The translations under genes and the position numbers were made by a program. From an uncultured virus (IMG/VR IMGVR_UViG_3300043410_000597) (taxonomy: Duplodnaviria; Heunggongvirae; Uroviricota; Caudoviricetes; Crassvirales): a stretch of 64,000 nucleotides of DNA. Positions 9,328-19,362 of this stretch are shown here, piece after piece. Under the pieces are notes generated by a model. That model was not told the DNA's origin, made no database searches, and worked only from the letters and a program-made list of their open reading frames with translations. Each line of letters opens with the position of its first letter. Within the stretch, counting starts at the first letter, position 1. The stretch is taken from the IMG/VR virus record IMGVR_UViG_3300043410_000597. The stretch is one strand, 5' to 3'.

Positions 9328-12300
9328 ATGGCAAAACAAAGATTAGTAAAAAAAGGTAGCCAATATGGTATCTTAGACGAAGCGTCTAACACAGTATTAC
9401 CTATTTCAGAGAATATGAAACTTGTTCAGAAGCAAGGGCAATATGGTATTTTAGATGGCGATTCTGTTATTCCTATTGATAACTTCTCAGAGAGTATTAC
9501 TGAGTCGGACTTAGATATATTAAAAAAAAAAAATTCTACGGAATCCGTTGGTCAACCAGCTCCAAAACCTACTTCATCGGTATCTCCAAAGATTCAAGGG
9601 AGTGGACTTGTGGCTTCTCCTGCAAAAGCAGGTAAAGAAGAGGTTGGTGTTATTGATGACCTTTGGAATTCATTTAAAGGAGCTGGTGCTAAAGCATTAG
9701 CTTCTATTGCTGCTGTACCTCAGTTTGCACAAAATGCTGCTATAGATATTATGTCTAGTGTAACCGGACGCTCTAGTGATTTCAATAAATTACCATCGAA
9801 TGTCAAGAAGCAAGTAAGAGATGCAATAGCAGGATCTCTTAGTGCAGCCACACCTACAGGTCGCTTTGCACAAGCATCTCAAGAAGCTACAGATTATCTT
9901 AATAAAAAATCTGAAGACATCTACAAGAAGACTCGCCAAGAGGAGGTTGATGTTATAGATGAGTTATCTAAATTTAAAGATAACCCAAATGCAGAATCCA
10001 TTCAGAAAATTCTTTACCAAGGATTAAAGACTACGGTAGAATCTATACCATATATGGCTATTGGTGCCGTTAGTTTACCTGCAATGGGAGTTACGGCTGC
10101 TGCAGCTAAAAGAGCTGAAGATGTAATAAAAGAAGGGAATGTTGGCATAGGTCAACTATTAAATGCTGGAGTTACTGGTGCGGCTGAAGCTGTATTTGAA
10201 GGCACAACTCAAAAGATTTTAGGTAAAGCAGCTAAGGCTGCATTAGGAAATCCTACTGCATCTAAAGCAGTTGCTGAAGGATTTGTTAAGTCTATCTTTA
10301 AAGATTTTGGTCAAGAAGGGGCTTCTGAAGGAGCCACAACTTTAATTCAAGAGTTATCAGACAAGATAACAAAAGGTGAAGAAATTAAATTTTGGGATTT
10401 AGCTAAGAAGGTTGGCAATAGTGCTATTCTAGGTGGACTTTCAGGAGGAGGCATATCAGCTACAGGAGCTGGTGTTGGTGCAGCAAGAAGATATGTAGCA
10501 GGCAAAATTATGCCTAAAGAGCAAATAGAAAAGATAGACAATAATATTAAGACTATTCAAAGTCTAAATCTTGAGCACGGAGAAGATGTTGACCCTCGTG
10601 TTAATGAGATTGTCAATAAAAAAATAGATGAATTATTAGCAGAGAATGAAGCTATTGTTTTTGAAAATGAAAAGATTGCTGAAAATTTATCTGCGGATCA
10701 GGTAAAAGAAATATTTGACATTGACGATAAATTAGAAGAAAACTATAATAGTGCAAAGTCTATTATTGACGATGCGGCTATGGATGATAACGCAAAGAAG
10801 TTATTATTAGATGATTTATTAAAACAACAAAATAACCTTAAACAACAAAAAGATGCCATTCAAAAGCAAGCAACAAGTCAAATATCTGTACAGCCAGAAA
10901 CCGGAATTAGCGGAGAAGTGGCGAAAGGAGAACCCCAAGCAGAACCTCAAGTCCCTGCCGAAGAAGATAAAAGGGAAGAAATAGAAAGAAGAAGAAAAGA
11001 GGAGTTGCAAAATAGAGTCGTATACGACAGAAAACCAACTATAGAAGATGGAGAATTTAAGTTAGTAGGCGACCCTAATAATATTATTTATAGAATTAAT
11101 GAATTTACTGGAAAACTTGAGCGAAAAGATACTGAAACTGGACTGTGGACAAAATCAGGTACACACGGAAAGCTTGAATTAGAATCAGCACAAAGAACCG
11201 GTTTTGAAAAACTAAAAGAAAATATTAATTCTAAATACGATGCAGAATTAGCAGCATTAGAACAACCTATAGAAGAAGTTAAAGTCGAAGAAGTAACAAC
11301 TCCTTCTGAAACAATTGAAGTATTTCATGGTGGAGATTTACCTTCATTAGAAGAAGGTAGACCTTTGTACGTATCAGAAGATGCTAGTCAAGCGAACGAG
11401 TATGCAAAGATGTCTGGTGGAGAAGTGTCAAAATTCTTTTTAGACAAAAATAAAATAGCTAGCGAACAAGAGGCTTTCGATATAATGGAAGAATTGGGGC
11501 TAGATTCATTTGGAAATTTCTTTGAACTTATTGATCCTAGATTTGATGAGGCATTTTCTGAAGAAGACATAAAGAGGGTTTTTGACACATTAAAAGAAAG
11601 AGGATTTGAGGCGGTAAGATATACTGATATTGATCAAAAAGATTTAAAGTCAGGTATTGAAAACATACTAGTTCTTGATGCCTCTAAATCACTTAAAACA
11701 GAACCAACTTCTGCCACAGAGGTTAAAGAAGAAGTAGTAGTTACACCTCAACAAAAGGCAGAACAAGTTACTGCAGTTAAAAAAGGAATTGATGCTGTTA
11801 ATAAAGCTGTGGAGCGTGGTAGACCTTTAAAGAAAGCTGTCGAAGGTGGTATTGCATTTATGCAAAAAACAATTGCCTATGAACAAGCGGATGACGTTAC
11901 TCGTGAGCAAATGCTTCGTGACATCAATAAGAAGTTTGGTGTAAAAGAAAAGAAGGCTCCATCTGTTAAAAAGGTAATGGGTGAAACTACTCAAAAGAAA
12001 GTTACAGTCAATGAAATGACTGCACTTAAAGACCAAATAAAACTTGAATCTAAAGCAGCTAAAGGATCCGAGAAAGCTACTGACCAAATCAGAAAAGATG
12101 TAGTAGAAAAGGTTAAATCTTTTATTACTAGAGGTGGATTAAGTAAAGCCCAACAAAAGTCTTTATTAAGCTCTTTAGCTAAAACTAACATCTTAAACCC
12201 TGTAATGCGTGAGCGTTTATTTGAACGTATGCAAAAGATGTTCAAGCGTGCTGACTATCAGGATAGAATTAAGGAGGCAACTACTTTTAGAAATAAAATC

Positions 12301-15201
12301 AAAAAGTTAGCCAAGTCAGATACGTTGCAGGCATCTGTTGCTAACATGGCTAGGGATTTTGGTAAAGTGATACCAGAGTTTACAGATGTTGACCAATATC
12401 TAGAAAAAGCTAGAGAGGTGTATGGTGCTATTAAAAAACCAATTAGAGCAGCTGCTCTTATTGAGGATATCAATGCATTCACAAAGAAAGAGTTAGCTAA
12501 ACAAGAAGAGAAGGTAAAGAATACTTTACTTGACCAATACGATTATCTAGCTGAAGCTGGATTAATAGATGAGTCTATGAGTTTAGCTCAAATACAACAA
12601 TATGTAATGGATGTAGAATCAGGTACTAAACCTGATGCAACTGTTAATGAAGCTAAGATTAGAGAAAACTTGGGTGAATTGTTTGATTCAATGTCTGATA
12701 TCGTAGATTCAATTGTCAACGAAGAATACAATCCACTTACAGGAGAAGAAGTTGAATTAGATAATTACACAAAAAATCTAATTAAGAACTTCACTAGTAT
12801 GGATTTGAATGATATGTCTGTTAGAGACTCATACAGAGCTGTGGAGGCATTAGAAAACTTCTTAGTTAATGGCATTGTTGATAATATGGAAACAATGTAC
12901 AAGACTTATGAAGGTGCAGAGAAGGCAACAGGATTAGCTAATCAAGGCATAGTAGCAGAAAGTTTCAGAAGAGTCTTTGGAGGTAAGGGAATGAACTTCT
13001 TGTCTCAGGCTTGGACATCTGCATTCTCGCCTGTTAAATCTACATTGGATTTAGTTCACAGAAGTCGTGCTGTTGGATCAAAAGTTTTTGATGCAATGGG
13101 TCTTCGTGATTTATCAAATCAATCAAGTAGAGCTAAAACAGAAGCTAATAATATAGATAAGGCTTACAATGAGAAATTTGGGAAGAAAAAACCAAACAAC
13201 AAGGATTTTAATGATGTAGAGAATGTATTCGAAAGAGGTATCTATGCACATTTAAGAAGAAATGTTGTGGGTACGGCTGAGGAAATGAAAGTTGAATTTG
13301 ACAGACGTAAAAATCAAATTGTTGAAACCATTGATGCTTTATTAAAATCTCAAGATGACAAGTTAGTAAAAAGAGGTAAGATTATTGACTCAATATTTGA
13401 GAATATAAAAGATGCTGAAGATATCAGTCAGGTTGAATCATACATAGACCCAATTAATCAGGATGCGGTTAAGTGGTGGAATGCTATTTTTGATAAATAC
13501 TATCCTGAGGTAAAGCAGATTGCAGCATCTGTTTACAATACTATATTGGAAGATGATATTAATTATTCTACTGATAACTATGAAAATATTGTAGAAGACA
13601 AATCTAAGGATGTTAATGAGCCTTCTTCATATAGAATGGGATTTGATTTCTTAAATCAATCTAAATCAGGCACATTAATGAAGAATAATCGTATCAAAGG
13701 TATTCCTCAGAATCGTGTAATAAGTTTTGATTTTGATTACAATAACTCTTCTGCATTTCACAAAATGCTTACAGATGTAAGAACTGCACCTTCTGTTCAA
13801 CAATACAGAGGATTTGTTCAGTCTCCTGCATTTGAAAAGATTTATCCAAATGTTAGAGAAAGAAATGTAATTCAAAATAAATTAAACTATTATGTAAACG
13901 AGGTTCGCTCTAAAAATGTAGCTACTGGTTCTGTTAACGAAAAGGCTTTTGCTAAAGTTATCCAAGCAGTTAGTAGATACGGAACATCTCGTGCTTTAGG
14001 TGGTGCTTTATCAGGTCTCAAACAAGCATCAACAGCCCTTGTTAACACAGCTGTTTCATTGATGAATGATCCTAAGTCATTTGGCAAAGGTGTGTCTTTA
14101 TTAACTAATAAAGATGCAATGGACTTCTTGAATAATTCAGGATATGGTATTGCTAATCGTGGTTTAGAATCACAGACAGCCATTGAATCTGCAAATAAGA
14201 TTATTGAGCAAACAGATGTTAACTCAGCTAATAAGGTAGCGGAAACTGTAGCAAAGGCAGGTAAGATATATCTAGAATACTCACTTAAGAATGGTGACGT
14301 TTTAGGAGCTAGAGCATCTTGGATGGCATATTATGTTCATAAGTTGAAGCAACTTGGATACAACACAGATAATATTGATTGGAAAAATCACAAGTTAGTT
14401 AAAGAAGCTGGTGATTACGCAGAAGACCAAATCAATTTACAACAAAACGTATCTGATGCGGCAATGATGGGTAAGTTCCTGACAACTAAGAATCCATATG
14501 CAACTATTGCTAGATCAATGGTGATACCATTTAGTAGTTTTATTTTCAATGCTAAAGATAAAATAACTACAGATGTAACTATTCTTACATCTAAGAATTC
14601 TAACAAGCAAGATAAAATTGATGCATTAAAATCATTAACGGCAACTGGTGCTGAGATGGTTGCTTTTGAAGCAATGTCTGCTGCTATTAGTTCTGGAATT
14701 GTTATTGCGGCAAATTCAATACTTGGTATCGATGAGGACGAAGATGAAAAAGAGAAAAGAAGAAATCAGTATATAAATTCTGCATTCACTAGATTTACTA
14801 CTGATGTATTATCACCAATACCTAATATCGGAGATAAAGCAGTAGTTGGAATCATGAATGGTTTATTGGATTTAGCCCAAACTGATTTGGATGAAGAAGA
14901 TAAGTTTAAGTTATTTTCATACAAACCTGAAAGTGAATTAGATGCTATGTTGAATCTAATAGGAGGTATCCCAGAAGTGGCTACTAAACCTTTCATAAAC
15001 ATGGGTGATACTATATATAAAATATCTAGTGATAGCTATGTTGATAAATTTGGCAACGAGATAGAGTTATCTAATGAAGACAAGCAAAAACTAGGATTAG
15101 TATTGGCTGTGGAATTACTGGGAGCAAGTAATATTTTGCCTTCTGAAGTTGTAAGACTAAATGAAAAAGTAAAACAGACGATAGAAAAAGAAGCTAAATA
15201 A
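9328..15201 (+). CDS. Giant internal virion/ejection protein with ADP-ribosyltransferase-like insert
   Basis: 1957 aa; Gly/Ala-rich helical N-terminal region; VFHG..LYVSED..ANEYA..GFEAVRY..ENILVL at about 11310-11700. Confidence 0.65.
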   Translation: MAKQRLVKKGSQYGILDEASNTVLPISENMKLVQKQGQYGILDGDSVIPIDNFSESITESDLDILKKKNSTESVGQPAPKPTSSVSPKIQGSGLVASPAKAGKEEVGVIDDLWNSFKGAGAKALASIAAVPQFAQNAAIDIMSSVTGRSSDFNKLPSNVKKQVRDAIAGSLSAATPTGRFAQASQEATDYLNKKSEDIYKKTRQEEVDVIDELSKFKDNPNAESIQKILYQGLKTTVESIPYMAIGAVSLPAMGVTAAAAKRAEDVIKEGNVGIGQLLNAGVTGAAEAVFEGTTQKILGKAAKAALGNPTASKAVAEGFVKSIFKDFGQEGASEGATTLIQELSDKITKGEEIKFWDLAKKVGNSAILGGLSGGGISATGAGVGAARRYVAGKIMPKEQIEKIDNNIKTIQSLNLEHGEDVDPRVNEIVNKKIDELLAENEAIVFENEKIAENLSADQVKEIFDIDDKLEENYNSAKSIIDDAAMDDNAKKLLLDDLLKQQNNLKQQKDAIQKQATSQISVQPETGISGEVAKGEPQAEPQVPAEEDKREEIERRRKEELQNRVVYDRKPTIEDGEFKLVGDPNNIIYRINEFTGKLERKDTETGLWTKSGTHGKLELESAQRTGFEKLKENINSKYDAELAALEQPIEEVKVEEVTTPSETIEVFHGGDLPSLEEGRPLYVSEDASQANEYAKMSGGEVSKFFLDKNKIASEQEAFDIMEELGLDSFGNFFELIDPRFDEAFSEEDIKRVFDTLKERGFEAVRYTDIDQKDLKSGIENILVLDASKSLKTEPTSATEVKEEVVVTPQQKAEQVTAVKKGIDAVNKAVERGRPLKKAVEGGIAFMQKTIAYEQADDVTREQMLRDINKKFGVKEKKAPSVKKVMGETTQKKVTVNEMTALKDQIKLESKAAKGSEKATDQIRKDVVEKVKSFITRGGLSKAQQKSLLSSLAKTNILNPVMRERLFERMQKMFKRADYQDRIKEATTFRNKIKKLAKSDTLQASVANMARDFGKVIPEFTDVDQYLEKAREVYGAIKKPIRAAALIEDINAFTKKELAKQEEKVKNTLLDQYDYLAEAGLIDESMSLAQIQQYVMDVESGTKPDATVNEAKIRENLGELFDSMSDIVDSIVNEEYNPLTGEEVELDNYTKNLIKNFTSMDLNDMSVRDSYRAVEALENFLVNGIVDNMETMYKTYEGAEKATGLANQGIVAESFRRVFGGKGMNFLSQAWTSAFSPVKSTLDLVHRSRAVGSKVFDAMGLRDLSNQSSRAKTEANNIDKAYNEKFGKKKPNNKDFNDVENVFERGIYAHLRRNVVGTAEEMKVEFDRRKNQIVETIDALLKSQDDKLVKRGKIIDSIFENIKDAEDISQVESYIDPINQDAVKWWNAIFDKYYPEVKQIAASVYNTILEDDINYSTDNYENIVEDKSKDVNEPSSYRMGFDFLNQSKSGTLMKNNRIKGIPQNRVISFDFDYNNSSAFHKMLTDVRTAPSVQQYRGFVQSPAFEKIYPNVRERNVIQNKLNYYVNEVRSKNVATGSVNEKAFAKVIQAVSRYGTSRALGGALSGLKQASTALVNTAVSLMNDPKSFGKGVSLLTNKDAMDFLNNSGYGIANRGLESQTAIESANKIIEQTDVNSANKVAETVAKAGKIYLEYSLKNGDVLGARASWMAYYVHKLKQLGYNTDNIDWKNHKLVKEAGDYAEDQINLQQNVSDAAMMGKFLTTKNPYATIARSMVIPFSSFIFNAKDKITTDVTILTSKNSNKQDKIDALKSLTATGAEMVAFEAMSAAISSGIVIAANSILGIDEDEDEKEKRRNQYINSAFTRFTTDVLSPIPNIGDKAVVGIMNGLLDLAQTDLDEEDKFKLFSYKPESELDAMLNLIGGIPEVATKPFINMGDTIYKISSDSYVDKFGNEIELSNEDKQKLGLVLAVELLGASNILPSEVVRLNEKVKQTIEKEAK
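10853..10984 (+). CDS. Small basic protein nested in the +1 frame of the giant virion gene (MPFKSKQQVKYLYSQKPELAEKWRKENPKQNLKSLPKKIKGKK)
   Basis: ATG 10853 to TAG 10984 translated by hand; A-rich leader; resembles free-standing small phage proteins of the MPFKS.Q....PE.A..W type. Confidence 0.55.
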   Translation: MPFKSKQQVKYLYSQKPELAEKWRKENPKQNLKSLPKKIKGKK

Positions 15202-15202
15202 T

Positions 15203-15230
15203 AAAAATGGGGACCATAAGTCCCCTTTTT
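15203..15230. terminator. Bidirectional terminator between convergent modules
   Basis: AAAAAT-GGGGAC-CATAA-GTCCCC-TTTTT. Confidence 0.85.
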
Positions 15231-15253
15231 AATTAATCACCTTATACGCAATT

Positions 15254-15607
15254 CTAACTTAAAAATCTTAGTTTGTAAAGTGTAGAGCTTAATAACTCTT
15301 GAGTGTTGTCAACCATTTGTTGTAAGTAACCATCAGTTAATGTAGAACGGTATCCTTCAAATGCTGTCATCTTTTCTTTCAAGTAATCTACCATATCAAC
15401 GTTTTCTTCTAATTTAAAAGACTTGTATCCTTTGATGATGCCGTACTTGCCTTGGTAAGCCTCAACGTAAGCGTCGAACTGGTCAACGATGCCGTCATAT
15501 AATTCATTCAAAGCCTTGTGCTCTGCGAATGATGATGTCTGTAAGTGTGCGATGTGAGATACATTCTCAATCTCCATTAATGCACTAACGTATTCTTGAA
15601 CTGTCAT
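15254..15607 (-). CDS. Ferritin/Dps-like four-helix protein (DUF5856-like)
   Basis: HIAHLQTSSFAEHKALNELYD..D.YVEAYQGKYG; ends TLYKLRFL; own -7 box TATTTTTG at 15623-15630. Confidence 0.7.
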   Translation of the reverse strand: MTVQEYVSALMEIENVSHIAHLQTSSFAEHKALNELYDGIVDQFDAYVEAYQGKYGIIKGYKSFKLEENVDMVDYLKEKMTAFEGYRSTLTDGYLQQMVDNTQELLSSTLYKLRFLS

Positions 15608-15644
15608 AATCTTATATTTTCACAAAAATACTAAAATATATTTA

Positions 15645-16055
15645 CTAGTCTTGCAATAGATATTCTATTGCATTTAATAATATATCAATATCATCACGCA
15701 ACAAGCCAATACCACGATTACACTTATCACACAATAATCCTCTAATTCTGCCTGTGTTGTGATCATGATCTACACAGAAATTGAATTTTTTAGTACTAAT
15801 TATTTCGGATATATGTTTTTTACATATGCCACAACAATTATTTTGCTTTAAAAGCATTTCATCGTATTGCTCGATTGTCATATTATATGATTTTTTTAAA
15901 TCATATTTTCTCATATAATCACGTGACCTCTGAGGCTTTTTAGCTTTTTTAACACAATCGATACACCTAGACTTGTATCCGCAAGGTCTATTATATCTCT
16001 TATGGAAATCCTCTAAAGGCTTTTCCTGTAAACATTTAGTGCAAGTCTTTTTCAA
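15645..16055 (-). CDS. Endonuclease VII-family (homing-type) endonuclease
   Basis: CTKC, CGIC, VDHDHNTGRIRGLLCDKCNRGIG. Confidence 0.85.
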   Translation of the reverse strand: MKKTCTKCLQEKPLEDFHKRYNRPCGYKSRCIDCVKKAKKPQRSRDYMRKYDLKKSYNMTIEQYDEMLLKQNNCCGICKKHISEIISTKKFNFCVDHDHNTGRIRGLLCDKCNRGIGLLRDDIDILLNAIEYLLQD

Positions 16056-17185
16056 AATATATGTAATAATCTAGCTACTTGTCCATTATTTTTATGATGT
16101 ATAAATCCTTCAACCGCCTTAGGACTATGAGCGTATCCGGAACGATGGTGCCAACTATCGGTACCACTGGGAGATCGGAGAGACTCGACGCAAACGCCCA
16201 TGTAATCCTTAGAAGACTTGTGGTGCACGTGATGAGTATAAATGTAGCGGTGTTTTGAGTCTGCCCACTCTTTACTTGCTTCATGAGCCATTAATAGGGG
16301 TAAGTCTGATACCTTAGCCCCGTCTCCGTGTGTTGTGCCAATTAGGTTTGACCCATATTGTGTGTACTTACGGTGGGCAATAGAGCAATCAAATGTGATG
16401 TTTGGATTATTGTGGAACCAAGACTCGATTGCATCGGCTAAAAAGAAGCCATTAGTGTAGTCGTGGTTTGATGGATTAAATACAAAGTGAACGTCAGCTA
16501 TACCAATTAACATCTCGATGACCTCGATATATAGCTTCTTAGCGACTCTAAAGTTATCGTACCACATTCCATCTGTATCCTGTGGAGTTCCGCTTGTGGT
16601 GGTACGTTTTGGGGTGTCTATGTGAAGGATGTCGTTGCCACCAACAAAAAGAATCTTGTCAATATTAAAACCTGATGCTTTCTGTACAATTCCACGTACC
16701 CCATCAAGAACACGTTGAACAGCAATCTGATTATTGTAGTCATCACCAGTCTCAAAAGAAGAGGCTAACTTGCCAATATGAATGTCAGCTGGGTCAACTA
16801 CTAATAGGTGACCATCCTGAATGTTACTGCGATCTAACTTAGGGTATACAGGTGCGTGCTTTTGCATCTCAGCCACGATATCAGCTCTCATGTCATGATA
16901 CGTTTGCACCGGGTCTTTCTTGTCAACCTTGACAAAAATAGACTGCTTGTCAGTCTTCAACCAGTAGTGCGATACCTCACCGATTGGTGCACCTTCTTTA
17001 TCACACTCATCGTTTAGGCTGCGATGTTCTGACTTTAAAATGTATGCGGATACTTTCTTTCGTATTGTCTCGACATTTCTGTCGTGCATATTGTAATGCT
17101 CTTGGACTCTTTTAGCAATCTCAGCTTTGCTAAGGTCGCCCTGTTGGTGTAGTTCTAGTGCGTATTCTAGGTAAGGTTTCATCAC
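16052..17185 (-). CDS. Calcineurin-like metallophosphoesterase
   Basis: DIHIG, GNDILH, SNHD, THGD and HHVHH metal-binding motifs. Confidence 0.8.
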   Translation of the reverse strand: MMKPYLEYALELHQQGDLSKAEIAKRVQEHYNMHDRNVETIRKKVSAYILKSEHRSLNDECDKEGAPIGEVSHYWLKTDKQSIFVKVDKKDPVQTYHDMRADIVAEMQKHAPVYPKLDRSNIQDGHLLVVDPADIHIGKLASSFETGDDYNNQIAVQRVLDGVRGIVQKASGFNIDKILFVGGNDILHIDTPKRTTTSGTPQDTDGMWYDNFRVAKKLYIEVIEMLIGIADVHFVFNPSNHDYTNGFFLADAIESWFHNNPNITFDCSIAHRKYTQYGSNLIGTTHGDGAKVSDLPLLMAHEASKEWADSKHRYIYTHHVHHKSSKDYMGVCVESLRSPSGTDSWHHRSGYAHSPKAVEGFIHHKNNGQVARLLHIF

Positions 17186-17336
17186 GTAATAGATTTAATT
17201 TTTCGATTAGAATTGAAATGGAGTCTTGAAGGTCTTCGTACTCTTTGTCCATAAGAGCCTCATATATCTCGTCTGTCATCTTATTGATGAAGCGAATTGT
17301 TGTGTTAGTATATTCAATGTGCTCTTTCATAAACAA
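17130..17336 (-). CDS. Hypothetical protein
   Basis: 68-aa helical ORF in the operon direction. Confidence 0.5.
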   Translation of the reverse strand: MFMKEHIEYTNTTIRFINKMTDEIYEALMDKEYEDLQDSISILIEKLNLLRDETLPRIRTRTTPTGRP

Positions 17337-17373
17337 ATAAAGGGGAAGTGTAAAACGATAAACACCTCCCCTT
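17333..17373 (-). terminator. Putative terminator hairpin
   Basis: Minus strand AAGGGGAGGTGT..ACACTTCCCCTT followed by a T-rich tail. Confidence 0.55.
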
Positions 17374-17512
17374 CAAAAAATTATCACTTTAACCTTTGTA
17401 AATTTAGTTAAATATCTAATTACTTGTACATTTTTAATAAAAAATTTATAAGAACCCATTTTCAAGGACACCACCGACCAAAGCCTTAATGGTTTTAAAT
17501 GGGTAAACCTTA

Positions 17513-19276
17513 TTAACCATCACAAGATAAACAGTCAGGATCCGTTGCACGTGTAGCTATATCAGCACGCAAAACAGATTCTGTACGCATATAATACAGT
17601 GTTTTGATACGTTGTCTCCACGCCTCCATGTGTACCTGATTAATCCACTTAGGTGTAGCCTGAGATGGGAACGCTAGGTTTAATGAAACAGATTGGTCAA
17701 TGTACTGCTGACGAATACCTGCCTGCTTAATTAATTCTAATTGGTTAATCTCCTTGAATGTTTTAAATACATCTTTAACTGGGATATAGTCATCGCCTTC
17801 AGGATTCTCTGCTAACTTTCCATTCACATAGAACCAACTATCTAGTTCAGCAATGTCTTGGATTGATCCACCATCAGCAAGAATCTTATCCCATATCTCT
17901 TTAGTATTAATGCCAATCTTCTTCAATACTTTCTCGAGCTCTCTGTTCTTGCGAATGAATGTACCCTTAGCGGACTGATCTGTGAATACGTTAGCAGCCC
18001 AAGGCTCAACACCAGCTGACACGTTACCACTTAACTTAGAGTTAGATACTGTAGGAGCAATGGCACGCAAGTGTGTGTTACGCATTCCTGTCTCAACACA
18101 CCACAATGGCTCACCATATTCTACAGCCATGTCACGTGATGCACGCTCAGACTCAATCTTAATCTGAGAGAATATCTTACGTGTCTCAAACTGAGCAAGC
18201 AATCCTTCGAATGGAATACCTTTCTGCTGTAAGTATGTATGCCATCCTAGAACACCTAGTCCAATAGCACGACCTTTCTCAGCAAAGCGAACTACATTCT
18301 CAAAGCCTTTCATGTTCTTAGCTTTCTGAATAAACTCCTCAAGCACACCATCTAGGAACCATGTAGCCACATAGATTAAGTCTGTGTCTTTCCACTCATC
18401 ATACTTAGCTAAGTTGACTGATGATAGACAGCACACAAAGCTATGGCTCTCATCTGTATGTAACACAATCTCCGAGCAGATGTTAGTCATGTACACCTTC
18501 AAACTATTCTTCTTGTATGCCTCAGGGTTCTGCTTGTTGACATTACCCTTGAACATAATGTATGGCTCACCTGTAGCCTTACGTTTCTGTAATAACTTAC
18601 CCCACTTGCGACGTGCATCCGGGTCACCATCTTCTAGCTTACGCATAAACTTGTCACCCACTACAGCACACTGGTGTAGGTTTAAGCACTGGCGATTCAC
18701 ATCACCCTTAGGCTCACGAATCTCCAACCAATCCTCAAAGTCTTTGTGCTCAATGTTAAGGTTGCTTGATGCCGCACCACGACGTACATTACCTTGTGAT
18801 GTTGCAAGAATAGTAGAGTCAAAGATTTTAGTGAATGGGATAACACCATCAGATGTCCCGTTCTTAGATATCTTTGATCCTGCAGGACGAATGCGATTGA
18901 AACCTACACCTACTCCACCACCGTGCTTGGCAAGTAGCATCATCTCTAAGTTCTTAGTACCAATGTCATAGACTGAGTCAGCTATGTCAATACCATAACA
19001 AGAGATAGGTAAGCCACGATCGGTGCCTGTGTTAGATAGCACAGGTGTAGCTAGGTTTAACCATCCATTCCAGATGTATTGAAAGAACTTGTCAGCCATC
19101 TCAGGCTTACCAAGTCTATCAGCTACAGCACGAGACACACGTGCGTATGCATTTATTGGTTTTTCTCCTGCAAGCAGGTATCCACCTGAGATTGTCTTTA
19201 CGTATTCGGGTGAGTTACCCCAAGCTGGGAAATCTACATCTAGTTCCCATCCTAGGTTCTCTGCGTGATTAATCAT
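17513..19276 (-). CDS. nrdA: Class I ribonucleotide reductase alpha subunit (short, no ATP cone)
   Basis: LPISC, GGGVG, TNICSEI, CCLSSVNL, AIAPT, KTLYYMR and C-terminal CLSCDG. Confidence 0.95.
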   Translation of the reverse strand: MINHAENLGWELDVDFPAWGNSPEYVKTISGGYLLAGEKPINAYARVSRAVADRLGKPEMADKFFQYIWNGWLNLATPVLSNTGTDRGLPISCYGIDIADSVYDIGTKNLEMMLLAKHGGGVGVGFNRIRPAGSKISKNGTSDGVIPFTKIFDSTILATSQGNVRRGAASSNLNIEHKDFEDWLEIREPKGDVNRQCLNLHQCAVVGDKFMRKLEDGDPDARRKWGKLLQKRKATGEPYIMFKGNVNKQNPEAYKKNSLKVYMTNICSEIVLHTDESHSFVCCLSSVNLAKYDEWKDTDLIYVATWFLDGVLEEFIQKAKNMKGFENVVRFAEKGRAIGLGVLGWHTYLQQKGIPFEGLLAQFETRKIFSQIKIESERASRDMAVEYGEPLWCVETGMRNTHLRAIAPTVSNSKLSGNVSAGVEPWAANVFTDQSAKGTFIRKNRELEKVLKKIGINTKEIWDKILADGGSIQDIAELDSWFYVNGKLAENPEGDDYIPVKDVFKTFKEINQLELIKQAGIRQQYIDQSVSLNLAFPSQATPKWINQVHMEAWRQRIKTLYYMRTESVLRADIATRATDPDCLSCDG

Positions 19277-19362
19277 TTTCTAAAGATTTAATTAGTTCAA
19301 GTAAAAATTCTATCATTTGCACAGCACTCTCTGCACTGCTTGCATCTATTGAAGCGGTTGAC

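Noticed and set aside
9328..15201. Virion RNA polymerase as in Crassvirales
   Set aside because: No DxDxD catalytic motif seen; the closest is SFDFDYN
18384..18971. 195-aa plus-strand ORF within nrdA
   Set aside because: Antisense to nrdA with no recognisable motif or start context
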